The notes: a model not told the origin generated them from the sequence alone. A stretch of DNA of 32,000 bases from Synechococcus sp. A15-28 (GCF_014280175.1 NZ_CP047931.1:1950001-1982000); one strand, 5' to 3'; shown: positions 9,890-18,993, counted from the stretch's first letter. Translations and numbers: made by a program.

Positions 9890-12148
9890 GTGCTGAAAGT
9901 CACTGGGCTGCAGTATCCCCGCGCGAGGTGTTCTATTGGGACCGTCGGTGCAGCTCCGTTGAGTCAGGACCTCTTCGCTTATCAGGGTGAACAGCGGCGT
10001 CGGCAGCAGGCTCCCCTGGCCGACCGCATGCGTCCACGCACCCTGGAGGAATTTGAAGGCCAACAGGGAATCCTGGCCCAGGGGCGTCTCCTCCGGCGTG
10101 CCATCAAAGCCGACCGCGTCGGCAATCTGATCCTGCATGGACCTCCCGGTGTCGGCAAAACGACCCTCGCCCGAATCGTGGCGAACCACACGCGGGCTCA
10201 CTTCAGCAGCCTCAATGCAGTGCTCGCCGGGGTGAAGGATCTACGCGCGGAGGTGGACGCCGCCAAGCTTCGCCTCGAACGCCACGGCCTGCGCTCGATC
10301 CTGTTCATCGACGAGGTGCACCGCTTCAACAGTGCACAGCAGGATGCGCTGTTGCCCTGGGTCGAGAACGGGACGGTGACCCTGATCGGCGCCACCACGG
10401 AAAACCCTTATTTCGAAGTCAACAAAGCGCTGGTCAGCCGCTCGCGCCTGTTCCGGCTGCTGCCACTGGAACCGGACGACCTACACCAGCTGCTGCGGCG
10501 GACCCTCAACGATGAGGAACGGGGGTACGGAACGCGCCAGGTGATCCTGGCGCCCGAGGCAGCGGAGCATCTGGTGGATGTGGCAGGCGGCGATGCCCGC
10601 AGCCTGCTCAATGCCCTGGAACTGGCGGTGGAGAGCTCGGAGCCGGAGCCCGATGGGGTGATTCGGATCGACCTGGCGATCGCTGAGGAATCGATTCAGC
10701 AACGGGCCGTGCTCTACGACAAGCAGGGAGACGCCCACTACGACACCATCAGCGCCTTCATCAAATCCCTGCGGGGATCCGATGCCGATGCCGCCCTGTT
10801 CTGGCTGGCGCGGATGGTGGAGGCCGGAGAAAATCCGCGCTACATCTTCCGGCGCATGTTGATCGCGGCGGGGGAGGACATCGGCCTGGCCGATCCCCAA
10901 GCCATCGTGGTTGTAGAGGCCTGCGCCGCGGCCTTCGAGCGAGTCGGCCTGCCGGAAGGCCTTTATCCGCTGGCCCAGGCCGCCCTTTATCTGGCCGGAA
11001 CCGAGAAAAGCAACAGCGTGCTGGGCTTCTTTGACGCCCTCAGGAGTGTGCGAGAGGCGAACCGGCAGGACGTGCCCAGCCACCTGCGGGATGCCAACCG
11101 CGATGGCGATGCCTTCGGCGATGGCGTCGGCTACCGCTATCCCCATGCCTACGCGGAGCACTGGGTCGAACAGCAATACCTCCCCACAGCGCTGCAGGGG
11201 GAGGTGTTCTGGCAACCGGGCCAGTTGGGCTGGGAAGGGGAACGCCGGGAGCGCATGGCCGAGCGCCGTGCGGCACAACTGGCCGCAGCCGCGGAACTGG
11301 CGACAGAGCAGCCGCTGATGCTGAGCAGTGGCCCCGACAGCCCAGCGATGGAACGCTGGATTCAGCGGCAGCTGGGGCAGGAGGGTGAACGCCTTCACCT
11401 GCTGCGACAACGGCTCTGGGCTGATGTGGAATGGCAGCGCCAGGACCGCGTCCTGCTGCTGGGCTGCCATTCCCTGCTCTGGGCACTGGATCCACTTCGC
11501 CGAGTGCCGGAAGGAGGCGTCACCCTGATCTGTCCAAGCCCCGACGATCTCCAGCGACTGGCGGCACAGATCGACCTGCTGGAACCGGAGCGGCAGCCAC
11601 AGCTGCTGGATGGGCTTGAAGCGCTGCCATCCGATCAGGTCTTCGATTGGATCGGCGGGCGCCTGAGCACAGCTGATCTTCCGGAGATGAACTGGACCGA
11701 ACTGGCTCAGTTTCTGACGGGCCATGCCGACAGGAACGCCAGGCTGCGCCTGCTGATCAGCTGCGCCGTGCAAGGCCCGGCAGGGGCCCTCACCGCAGCT
11801 TCACAAGTTGCCGCAACGTCGCTGTCACCGCTGGTGGAGCAGGAGCAACATTGGCTGCAACAACTGCAAATCCAAATGCAGCCGCTGGAGGAGCAAGGTT
11901 GGAGCCTGAACACCGAACAATGGGACGAGGTTCTGACGTTGCCTGGGGGACAGTCCCTGGCGGAGCGATGGCTGGCCAAAGACTCTGCGTACCGCCGCAT
12001 GCTCGGCAGCATCAAACATGAACCACTGCAGCTGCTGCGAACAACCCTGGAGGGACTTGGATCGGAGGGACTGCGGCTGCAGATGCGGCATCAATTAATT
12101 ACAGGAAAGCAAGTCCAGGAAAAGAGCGTCGAACAGCAGATCCTATAA
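9890..12148 (+). CDS. rarA: Replication-associated recombination protein A (RarA/MgsA AAA+ ATPase) fused to a roughly 290-aa C-terminal domain of unknown function
   Basis: It has Walker [10 protein letters not shown], Walker [30 protein letters not shown], and the MgsA C-domain motifs [18 protein letters not shown] and GYRYPHAY. The track start is GTG at 9890, only 25 nt from the divergent adaptor gene. An in-frame TTG at 9959 is an alternative start. Confidence 0.9.
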   Translation: MLKVTGLQYPRARCSIGTVGAAPLSQDLFAYQGEQRRRQQAPLADRMRPRTLEEFEGQQGILAQGRLLRRAIKADRVGNLILHGPPGVGKTTLARIVANHTRAHFSSLNAVLAGVKDLRAEVDAAKLRLERHGLRSILFIDEVHRFNSAQQDALLPWVENGTVTLIGATTENPYFEVNKALVSRSRLFRLLPLEPDDLHQLLRRTLNDEERGYGTRQVILAPEAAEHLVDVAGGDARSLLNALELAVESSEPEPDGVIRIDLAIAEESIQQRAVLYDKQGDAHYDTISAFIKSLRGSDADAALFWLARMVEAGENPRYIFRRMLIAAGEDIGLADPQAIVVVEACAAAFERVGLPEGLYPLAQAALYLAGTEKSNSVLGFFDALRSVREANRQDVPSHLRDANRDGDAFGDGVGYRYPHAYAEHWVEQQYLPTALQGEVFWQPGQLGWEGERRERMAERRAAQLAAAAELATEQPLMLSSGPDSPAMERWIQRQLGQEGERLHLLRQRLWADVEWQRQDRVLLLGCHSLLWALDPLRRVPEGGVTLICPSPDDLQRLAAQIDLLEPERQPQLLDGLEALPSDQVFDWIGGRLSTADLPEMNWTELAQFLTGHADRNARLRLLISCAVQGPAGALTAASQVAATSLSPLVEQEQHWLQQLQIQMQPLEEQGWSLNTEQWDEVLTLPGGQSLAERWLAKDSAYRRMLGSIKHEPLQLLRTTLEGLGSEGLRLQMRHQLITGKQVQEKSVEQQIL

Positions 12149-12990
12149 AGACACAGGGTCTTATTTCTCTTAATCATATAGACAACAAAATTCAGATAGC
12201 GCCCTCGAAATCCCGCAGATTACTAATACAAAGCCGCATCTCTTGCGATACAAGCAGGCAAGAACAAATACCAGTTCAACAAGGAAGAAGCCTGCCGTTT
12301 ATCAACCTTTTCAGGGGCGCAAATCACCAACCCACCACCATCTAAAGAACCTTCGCTAGACAAACGGAAGTCAACAGGAAGATTGCTTATAATTCCAACC
12401 GATGAAAGATTGCCGCCAATCGAAGCCTTAATTATAGCCGAACGCAAAGCTGGAATTGCAGAAATTCGCGTCCCATTACGAGGATAATAGGCAGAGGTCT
12501 GAAGCGAAAGAAAATTAATTCCCTCTCGACTATTTAAAAATCTAGCGACTCTTGCCACATCTACATTATATACCTTTCTCATTCCAAGACGAACCTCATC
12601 CGCTGTCCATCCAGAGTCTCTTATGCTTGCAAAAAGCGAGCGGTCATTGATGCTGCCTGTCTCCAAAAAACTCAGAAGAGCAGGCAAATTACCAACCCAA
12701 GCCGCACTCCCCGCATCCCAGCCAAAAAGATTATTTGCAAAAGCTCCAGGCGCAGCCATCAATGCCATAGACGCACAAACAGCAAGACCAGCAACAGCAC
12801 GATTGAACACAGACTGCAAATAAAGCATCAATCAATTTACATAATAGTCTCAAAGACGAAAACCGTCCATAAACCCAACCAGCCTGTAATTATTCAGCCG
12901 TTGTTTAGCAAAATAATTGATTAACACAACTTTAGGCACAAGCATCTCCATCGATTGGGGATGAGCATGAATGGATTTCGTTCATTCACG
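12085..12990. other. AT-rich compositional islet (candidate horizontally acquired segment)
   Basis: I counted G+C on individual 60-nt lines. Lines inside the islet gave 21/60 (12481-12540) and 29/60 (12301-12360). A line just outside gave 38/60 (13561-13620). The islet covers the last ~20 codons of rarA, the DUF1400-like gene and both flanking spacers. Confidence 0.6.
12223..12828 (-). CDS. Secreted stand-alone DUF1400-like protein
   Basis: 201 aa from the ATG at 12828 (the track ORF starts one codon earlier, at a TTG). The N-terminal signal peptide is AVAGLAVCASMALMAAPGAFA. The body (LLSFLETGSINDRSL...VDVARVARFLNSREGINFL...ALRSAIIKASIGGNLSSVGIISNLP) resembles, from memory, the cyanobacterial DUF1400 N-terminal domain of alpha/beta hydrolases. 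Confidence 0.6.
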   Translation of the reverse strand: MLYLQSVFNRAVAGLAVCASMALMAAPGAFANNLFGWDAGSAAWVGNLPALLSFLETGSINDRSLFASIRDSGWTADEVRLGMRKVYNVDVARVARFLNSREGINFLSLQTSAYYPRNGTRISAIPALRSAIIKASIGGNLSSVGIISNLPVDFRLSSEGSLDGGGLVICAPEKVDKRQASSLLNWYLFLPACIARDAALY

Positions 12991-13494
12991 CTACTGAACA
13001 TCGAGCAATGTCCATCCCTTAGGACATCCTGTCTGCCTTCGACTGCCGATCTGATCTTTGCGGCCGCGGCAGGACCAACTGGTTAACTGTCCTCCCCGTC
13101 GTTCGATGCCCACCAGATAGGCCTCCGAGCCGCGTCGAGGCAGAACCCGAAGGGTGGTCGTCAACAGATCTCGATCCACGCGGGTGTCCAGGCGCCGCGG
13201 AACCGTCAGCCCAAGATCAGCCAGCGACGGCGAAAAACCTCCCCAGTAATGACGCGCCATCTGGCCACGGATGAACTCTTGAAGCAACGTTTGAGCCTCA
13301 CGCCGCTGATCGAGTTCGATTTCCCGCTCGGCCAACTGTTCTGACAAGCGGGTGCGTGACACCCCTTCGGTGCTCTGACGGCCCGGTGCCATGGGAGCCC
13401 GCGGATCAGACGTCAATCCCAACGCTCCGATGACCAGCAACGGTGTGGCTGCCATCAGGGTCACCAACGAGTGGGTCCACGGCTGATGGGCCAT
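12991..13494 (-). CDS. Membrane-anchored hypothetical protein, possibly of the type IV pilin-like G/H family
   Basis: 167 aa from the ATG at 13494. It has one N-terminal TM segment (LVTLMAATPLLVIGALGL). The segment EAQTLLQEFIRGQMARHYWGGFSPSLADLGL resembles the conserved helix of cyanobacterial Pilin_GH proteins. A C-terminal Cys pair (SWSCRG...TGCPKGW) looks like a pilin disulfide loop. Confidence 0.45.
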   Translation of the reverse strand: MAHQPWTHSLVTLMAATPLLVIGALGLTSDPRAPMAPGRQSTEGVSRTRLSEQLAEREIELDQRREAQTLLQEFIRGQMARHYWGGFSPSLADLGLTVPRRLDTRVDRDLLTTTLRVLPRRGSEAYLVGIERRGGQLTSWSCRGRKDQIGSRRQTGCPKGWTLLDVQ

Positions 13495-13519
13495 CAAAAC
13501 AGCCGAAACAAAAGAGATT

Positions 13520-14203
13520 TCAAGCTAGGCAGATCGGGCCAACCTGTCCTCTGACGCCGGCAACAGCCATCAGCCAGCCCTTCAGCTGCAATCGCAGCAC
13601 CGGCACAGGATCCACCAGCGCTGGATGCGACCCCTGGCAGGACGCAACGCCACAGCGCCAACGGCGCAGATCAACCGCCAGGCTCCCCCGTTGCATCTTG
13701 ATCAACGCTTCCTTGGCTACCCACTGCTTCAACACGGCCGAGCGCAGCGTTTCAGCAGGTAGATCGTCGAGCTCCCGTTGATCATCCGAGCAGTAAAAAC
13801 GCCGTGCCAAAGCCGCAGCGGGGAAACGACGGTCGCGGCATTCCAGATCCACCCCCACAACGTCGGGGGACCAGGCCACGAACACCGCATCACGGCAGTG
13901 ACTGAGACTCACGAAACCCCAGCCGTCAGCCAGGGTCGGTGGCTCGCCCGGTGGTGCCTGCAACGGCACCGTGGCTGGATCAACCCCAAAGCAGTCGGCG
14001 AGGCAGCGCCGCATCCACAGCCTGGAGCGCCGGAACTCAATGCCCCTGGCTGTGGCCATGCCATCCATCCAGGCCGCCTCTGCAGGAGAAAGCTCCACCT
14101 TGGAGGGCAGATCTTGATGGTGCTGGATCAGCCACAGGGCCGTTACGCTTCGACTCCCAACCAGCGATGGCTCCAGTGGCTCTCCAGATCGGTGATCCGG
14201 CAC
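13520..14203 (-). CDS. 4'-phosphopantetheinyl transferase (Sfp/HetI-type)
   Basis: It has the GVDLE motif and WVAKEALIK (W-x-x-KEA-x-x-K), plus FSLSH-like VSLSHCRD. The only canonical upstream start is GTG at 14203, which overlaps the divergent bcp start by 37 nt, so the start is uncertain. Confidence 0.85.
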   Translation of the reverse strand: MPDHRSGEPLEPSLVGSRSVTALWLIQHHQDLPSKVELSPAEAAWMDGMATARGIEFRRSRLWMRRCLADCFGVDPATVPLQAPPGEPPTLADGWGFVSLSHCRDAVFVAWSPDVVGVDLECRDRRFPAAALARRFYCSDDQRELDDLPAETLRSAVLKQWVAKEALIKMQRGSLAVDLRRWRCGVASCQGSHPALVDPVPVLRLQLKGWLMAVAGVRGQVGPICLA

Positions 14204-14643
14204 CCGATTTCACGCTCCCCAATCAGGACGGCGACCCGGTGCAGCTGGCGACGTTGCGAGGCCAGCGGGTCGTCATCTATTTCTATCCCAAGGACGACAC
14301 CCCGGGCTGCACCAAAGAGGCCTGCAACTTCCGGGATCGCTGGGATCGCTTTGAGCAGCACGGCATCAAGGTGCTGGGCATCAGCAAGGACAACGCCACC
14401 TCCCACACCAAATTCATCAGCAAGCACGAGCTTCCCTTCACGCTGCTGACCGATGTGGAGCCCTGTGCGGTCGCCAGCAGCTACGACAGTTACGGCCTGA
14501 AGAAGTTCATGGGTCGTGAGTACATGGGCATGATGCGCCACACCTTCGTGGTGGATGCCGACGGCAAGCTTGAAAAGATCTACTGGAAGGTCAAATCAGC
14601 CACCATGGCCGACGACATCCTCAGTGATCTGGAACTGGCTTGA
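14167..14643 (+). CDS. bcp: Thioredoxin-dependent peroxiredoxin (BCP/PrxQ)
   Basis: 158 aa from the in-frame ATG at 14167 of track ORF 13939-14643. The sequence reads MAPVALQIGDPAPDFTLPNQDG...YFYPKDDTPGCTKEAC (CX4C). Confidence 0.93.
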   Translation: MAPVALQIGDPAPDFTLPNQDGDPVQLATLRGQRVVIYFYPKDDTPGCTKEACNFRDRWDRFEQHGIKVLGISKDNATSHTKFISKHELPFTLLTDVEPCAVASSYDSYGLKKFMGREYMGMMRHTFVVDADGKLEKIYWKVKSATMADDILSDLELA

Positions 14644-15319
14644 TCACCGGGATCAGTTCCACCATGGCCTGCAGCTGAAGCTGCTGATCCATCTGGACTG
14701 ATACATCCCGCTGGATCAGTGCCTGCTCCAGCCAGGGAGCGTCACCACCACAGAGCCAGAGGCACGCCCCACTGCGCTGCTGCGCATCCACAACGGCAGC
14801 CACCAATCCCTCCATCACCCCTTGGCCCATCGCCTCTGAGGTGCCCATCGGGAACGGATCATCAATTTGCTGTTGTCCGGTCAATGCAGGCAGCAGGGCT
14901 GTCCCCGATGCCATCGCCTGCAACTGCAGACGCAATCCAGGCATCAAACGGCCTCCGCGGAAGCGGCCATCGCCATCGAGCAGGGTCAGGCTGAGAACAG
15001 TGCCGGCATCGGCCAGCAACAGACCCTGATCGAGATCACCACCTTGGGATTGTTGACGTCTCCAGGCAGCCCAGGCCCCGAGGGCCCGATCGACACCAAG
15101 CCAGGGCGGGCAGCCTTGCAGGGGAACATCGTTCAGTTGGAGTCGGGAATCCTGGGCGCTCTCCAGAGCTGCCGGGACCTCTCCCACAGCGGCCCAGACC
15201 AGGTTGGCCGTGTCGATCCGCTGCGGATCGGGCTCGTCATGCTGAAAACACCAACGGTCCTCATGCCGATGGGCCCAGTGCCAGCGGCTGTTGCCGATCA
15301 GCAGGGCGCAGGTCGCCAT
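14621..15319 (-). CDS. coaX: Type III pantothenate kinase
   Basis: From the ATG at 15319 it reads MATCALLIGNSRWHWA. It also has LGVDRALGAWAA, LLADAGTVLSLTLLD, GGRLMPGLRLQLQAMASGTALLP and GTSEAMGQGV. The longer track ORF (to 15382) would overlap cysH. Confidence 0.88.
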   Translation of the reverse strand: MATCALLIGNSRWHWAHRHEDRWCFQHDEPDPQRIDTANLVWAAVGEVPAALESAQDSRLQLNDVPLQGCPPWLGVDRALGAWAAWRRQQSQGGDLDQGLLLADAGTVLSLTLLDGDGRFRGGRLMPGLRLQLQAMASGTALLPALTGQQQIDDPFPMGTSEAMGQGVMEGLVAAVVDAQQRSGACLWLCGGDAPWLEQALIQRDVSVQMDQQLQLQAMVELIPVIKPVPDH

Positions 15320-15324
15320 CCGGC

Positions 15325-16101
15325 CTAGATCCCATCCCCCATCAACCCTTCCACGGCCTCCTGAGGCACGTGGATGCCGCACTCCTGTTTGAGCCCTCCG
15401 AAGCGCGTGTTTCGACCGCTCAGGTCAGCGCCATCTGGAGCACTGGAATGCCAATCCCCCACGGTGGAATACCCCTGCTCGAACAACGGATGCTGGGGGA
15501 GATTGTTGTCCCGCATGTAGTAGTAGATGTCCTTCTGAGTCCAATCCAACAGCGGACGCAGCGAGAGCCGCTCTCGGATCGGATCCAGCAGGCTCATTGA
15601 GCGGCGATGATCGGTCTGGCCGCGTCGCACACCACTGGCCCAGCAGCTCACCTCCAGTTGCTCCATGGCCCGATCCAGGGGCTCCACCTTGCGGATCTGG
15701 TGATACGTCTCAAGGTCATCGAGCTTTCCGGTGTCCCAGAGGCGGCCATGCAGGGCCTCCATCCGGGCCGGAGACATTGCGCTTTGAGCCACCACAAGAC
15801 GAATCTGGAGCAACTCCGTGAGCTGGGCGCAGTAGCGGTAGGTCTCCTCCGGGAGGTAGCCGGTGTCCACCCAGACCACAGGGATCACGTCACCATCCGG
15901 CAGCTGACTCAGCATGTGCAGCAGCACGGCTGACTGAATGCCGAAGCTGGTGGTGAGAGCAAATCCGGATCCGAAGCGCTGGTGTGCCCAGGCGAGTCGC
16001 TCCTGAGGACTCAACGGCTCCAGGCCGCTGCGGTCCGCATCGAGATTGTCTCGAACCAACACGCCCGTCATGCCGCGGACCCCATCCATCACCGCTCCCA
16101 T
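15325..16101 (-). CDS. cysH: Phosphoadenosine phosphosulfate (PAPS) reductase, thioredoxin-dependent type
   Basis: 258 aa. It has SFGIQSAVLLHM, the C-terminal ECGIH motif and YSTVGDWHSS. There is no CC...CXXC Fe-S motif. The start could also be one of the internal Met codons (residues 5 or 11). Confidence 0.92.
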   Translation of the reverse strand: MGAVMDGVRGMTGVLVRDNLDADRSGLEPLSPQERLAWAHQRFGSGFALTTSFGIQSAVLLHMLSQLPDGDVIPVVWVDTGYLPEETYRYCAQLTELLQIRLVVAQSAMSPARMEALHGRLWDTGKLDDLETYHQIRKVEPLDRAMEQLEVSCWASGVRRGQTDHRRSMSLLDPIRERLSLRPLLDWTQKDIYYYMRDNNLPQHPLFEQGYSTVGDWHSSAPDGADLSGRNTRFGGLKQECGIHVPQEAVEGLMGDGI

Positions 16102-16159
16102 CTTCCCCTGTCGCCCTGTGGGACGGGCTGCCTAAGGTTTCATCAACACCGGACGTTCC

Positions 16160-17308
16160 ATGGCAACACCTCTGTCATCACCTGAAACCGTGGTGGTGGT
16201 TGGAGGAGGTTTCGCCGGCCTGTTCAGTGCCTTGGCCGTGCATGAACGCTTGCCGGAGCGACCGGTGGTGTTGATCGAGCCTCGTGACCGTTTCCTGTTC
16301 CAGCCTCTTCTCTACGAACTGTTGAGTGGTGAACTGCAGAGCTGGGAAGTGGCACCCGCCTATCGCCAGCTGCTCAGCAGTCGCGGCATCTGCTGGCTGC
16401 AGGACCGCGTCAGCGGGATCGATCTGGACGCCAGGCAACTCACCACCGTTGCCTCAGGGTCTCTCCCATGGGGTGATCTGGTGCTGGCCACCGGCACTGA
16501 GCTGAATGATTTCGGGGTTCCCGGTGTCCGCGAACATGCCAGCGGCTTCCGCGATCTCGACGATGTGGCCCATCTGCGCGCCCTTGTCGACGACCTGAAG
16601 AAACGCAGGACGCCGGAGACCACCGTGGCGATTGTCGGAGCGGGGCCAACGGGAGTGGAGCTGGCCTGCAAGCTGGCGGACATGCTGGATGGAGCAGCCC
16701 GGATCCATCTGGTGGAAAGGGGCGACGGGATCCTGCCCAACAGTGCCTCCTTCAACCGTGAGCGAGCTGCCGCCGCTCTGGAGCGGCGGGAGGTCTGCCT
16801 GCACCTCAACACAGCGGTCACGGAAGTCCATGCTGATCGCGTCTGCTTCAAGGACGGCACATCCCTGCCCCACAGCGGGCTGATCTGGAGTGCCGGCAGC
16901 AGCCCCACCCTGCCGGACATCCACCCGAACCCCGCAGGCGCCAGAGCCCCCCTCAACATCAGCGAGGACCTGAGACTTCTGGACCACCCCCACGTCTTCG
17001 TCCCTGGGGACTGTGGACGTTGCAGCGCCAATCCCTGGCCCGCTACCGCCCAGGTCGCCATGCAGCAGGGTGACGCTGTCGCCAAGGCCCTGCAGGCCAT
17101 GGATCACACCCAGGAGCCGGAACCCTTTCAGTTCCAGGATCGCGGCGAGATGCTCAGCCTGGGCATCGGCGACGCCACGCTCACCGGCCTGGGGATCACC
17201 CTGGCCGGCCCCCTGGCCTTCAAGATCCGACGGGCCACCTATCTCACCCGGTTGCCAGGGCTGTCCCTCGGGCTGCGTTCCGCCGGTGCCTGGCTGATGA
17301 GCCGTTGA
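16160..17308 (+). CDS. NAD(P)/FAD-dependent oxidoreductase, type II NADH dehydrogenase family (NdbB-like)
   Basis: 382 aa with two dinucleotide-binding motifs, VVVVGGGFAGL and VAIVGAGPTGVELA. Confidence 0.85.
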   Translation: MATPLSSPETVVVVGGGFAGLFSALAVHERLPERPVVLIEPRDRFLFQPLLYELLSGELQSWEVAPAYRQLLSSRGICWLQDRVSGIDLDARQLTTVASGSLPWGDLVLATGTELNDFGVPGVREHASGFRDLDDVAHLRALVDDLKKRRTPETTVAIVGAGPTGVELACKLADMLDGAARIHLVERGDGILPNSASFNRERAAAALERREVCLHLNTAVTEVHADRVCFKDGTSLPHSGLIWSAGSSPTLPDIHPNPAGARAPLNISEDLRLLDHPHVFVPGDCGRCSANPWPATAQVAMQQGDAVAKALQAMDHTQEPEPFQFQDRGEMLSLGIGDATLTGLGITLAGPLAFKIRRATYLTRLPGLSLGLRSAGAWLMSR

Positions 17309-18993
17309 AGCAGGCCCATCTCGGCGGCCGAATCCGCGGTCTTCGGCCCGGACAGCATCGGCAGCTCGACCGCCTCAGCCATCGTCGCCATCCCGAAGGC
17401 AGTGGTGCTGATCTGCTGACCCTGGAGAGGATGGCCGCACTGGTGCAGGAGCTTGAGCTGTCCATGCATCTCGTGCTGGACGGTCGTGGGCTCTGCCGAT
17501 TGCTCTGGCTGGGGCCCCTGCAAGGGTCCGAGGCGCTTCGCCAGCACCTGCCCCAGGCACCAAGGCGACGGGGTGGCGGCTGGCGGCTGCTGAGCTGCCC
17601 CTTCAGCCGCCATGGCCTGCATCAGGACAGGGCAGAGGCGGTGGTCGCCCTGGATCTGAATCCGATCAGCTGGTTGCGCTTTGCCCCGGTTCCGGGCCGC
17701 GATGGACTGCGCAGCGCCGAACTGTTGCTGCCCGACCGCGAGGAATCCCATGGCTGGCGTCAGCTGGACCAGGGGGATTTGCGTGATCTCAGCCAGCAGG
17801 ATCTGAGCCCTGGTGCGATCACAACAGCGGAGGCGCCCCCTCCCGTCTCCGCTCCAGCAATCGAAGCCGTCCTGCTGCTGACCCTCACCAGCGGGGATGC
17901 GGACCGCAGCGAACGGGAACTGGCAGAACTGGAGGGACTGGTGCGCAGCGCTGGAGCCCAACCGGTGGCGGTGGTGTCGCAGCGTGCCGGCAGCGCCAAT
18001 CCACAGACCCTCTGGGGCACCGGAAAACTGCAGGAGGCCGCCCTGGAAGTGCGCCGCCGCGGCGCCTCACTGGTCGTCACGGATCGTGAGCTCACGCCCG
18101 TTCAGGCCAGGAATCTTGAACGGCTGCTGGTCTGTCCGGTCTCCGACCGCAGTGAGCTCATCCTCGACATCTTTGCCCAGCGGGCTGGCAGCGCCGCCGG
18201 TCGCTTGCAGGTGGAACTGGCTCAACTGCGCTATCGCCTGCCACGCCTGCTGGGGCGGGGGCGCAGCCTCTCGCGTCAGGGCGGCGGCATCGGCACCCGA
18301 GGGCCCGGTGAAACGCAGCTGGAGAAGGATCGCCGTGCCATCAGCCGCCGCATCGACCGCCTGCTTCGGGATCAGCAGCAACTGCAGCAACACCGCAGCC
18401 GACTGCGGGACCAACGCCGGGGACTGCCTCGGGTAGCCCTGGTGGGGTACACCAACGCCGGAAAATCGAGCCTGCTGAATGCTCTCTGCGGTCGCCGCGA
18501 AAGCGATCGAGTGCTGGCCGAGAACAAGCTCTTCGCCACCCTGGATCCCACAACCCGCCGACTGGAGCTGCCGCGGCCGGGGCAACGTCCGCACCAGCTG
18601 CTGATCACAGACACCGTTGGTTTCATCCGTGACCTGCCTCAGCCGCTGGTGGAAGCGTTCCGAGCCACGTTGGAGGAAGCCCTCGATGCCGATGTGCTGC
18701 TGGTGGTGGTGGATCTGGCGGATCCCGACTGGTGCGGGCAGCTCAGCACCGTCCATCGGCTGCTGGATTCCCTGGGCAGCACCGCGTTACGGCGTGTGGT
18801 GGCCAACCAGATCGACCGCTGCCCGCTGGAGTCCGTGGACATGATCCGGCGGCAGGACGCTCAAACACTGTTTTTATCCGCCAAGCGCGGAGACGGCCTG
18901 CGGGGTCTGCAGGACTGGCTGCGTGAGCAGTTCTTTGATCCCGGGGCAGAATCAGATCCAGATGCAGGGCCTGCGCCCGAATGGCCGAGCTGA
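17305..18993 (+). CDS. hflX: GTPase HflX with the long cyanobacterial-type N-terminal extension
   Basis: It has G1 GYTNAGKSSLLNAL, G3 DTVGF and G4 NQID. The HflX N-domain starts near residue 188. The only available start is TTG at 17305, overlapping the upstream stop as TTGA. Confidence 0.9.
   Translation: MKQAHLGGRIRGLRPGQHRQLDRLSHRRHPEGSGADLLTLERMAALVQELELSMHLVLDGRGLCRLLWLGPLQGSEALRQHLPQAPRRRGGGWRLLSCPFSRHGLHQDRAEAVVALDLNPISWLRFAPVPGRDGLRSAELLLPDREESHGWRQLDQGDLRDLSQQDLSPGAITTAEAPPPVSAPAIEAVLLLTLTSGDADRSERELAELEGLVRSAGAQPVAVVSQRAGSANPQTLWGTGKLQEAALEVRRRGASLVVTDRELTPVQARNLERLLVCPVSDRSELILDIFAQRAGSAAGRLQVELAQLRYRLPRLLGRGRSLSRQGGGIGTRGPGETQLEKDRRAISRRIDRLLRDQQQLQQHRSRLRDQRRGLPRVALVGYTNAGKSSLLNALCGRRESDRVLAENKLFATLDPTTRRLELPRPGQRPHQLLITDTVGFIRDLPQPLVEAFRATLEEALDADVLLVVVDLADPDWCGQLSTVHRLLDSLGSTALRRVVANQIDRCPLESVDMIRRQDAQTLFLSAKRGDGLRGLQDWLREQFFDPGAESDPDAGPAPEWPS

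Noticed and set aside
10481-11773. A 430-aa minus-strand ORF inside rarA. Similar long antisense ORFs occur elsewhere: 8140-9225 (+), 17239-17961 (-), 19431-20525 (-), 22257-23414 and 22430-23533 (-), 25156-26088 (-), 29987-31096 (-), 31163-31990 (-).
   Set aside because: Each lies opposite a gene with clear family motifs. Their translations are Arg/Gly/Pro/Gln-rich with no recognisable motifs. Long stop-free antisense frames are expected at this GC content.
12149-12222. A short hairpin (AAGAC-acagg-GTCTT followed by a T-rich run) after rarA, considered as a terminator.
   Set aside because: The stem is only 5 bp, and in AT-rich DNA that is too weak to call.
13939-14166. An N-terminal 76-codon extension of the bcp ORF, as given in the track (13939-14643).
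   Set aside because: The extension is antisense to the PPTase core and is Pro/Ala/Ser/Arg-rich junk. The peroxiredoxin homology starts at the ATG at 14167 (MAPVALQIGDPAPDF).
15320-15382. A longer coaX start at 15382, from the track.
   Set aside because: It would overlap the cysH 3' end by 58 nt. The extra residues (MRHPRASGGRGRVDGGWDLGR) are not PanK-like. The ATG at 15319 gives the canonical LLIGNSRWHW N-terminus 5 nt after the cysH stop.
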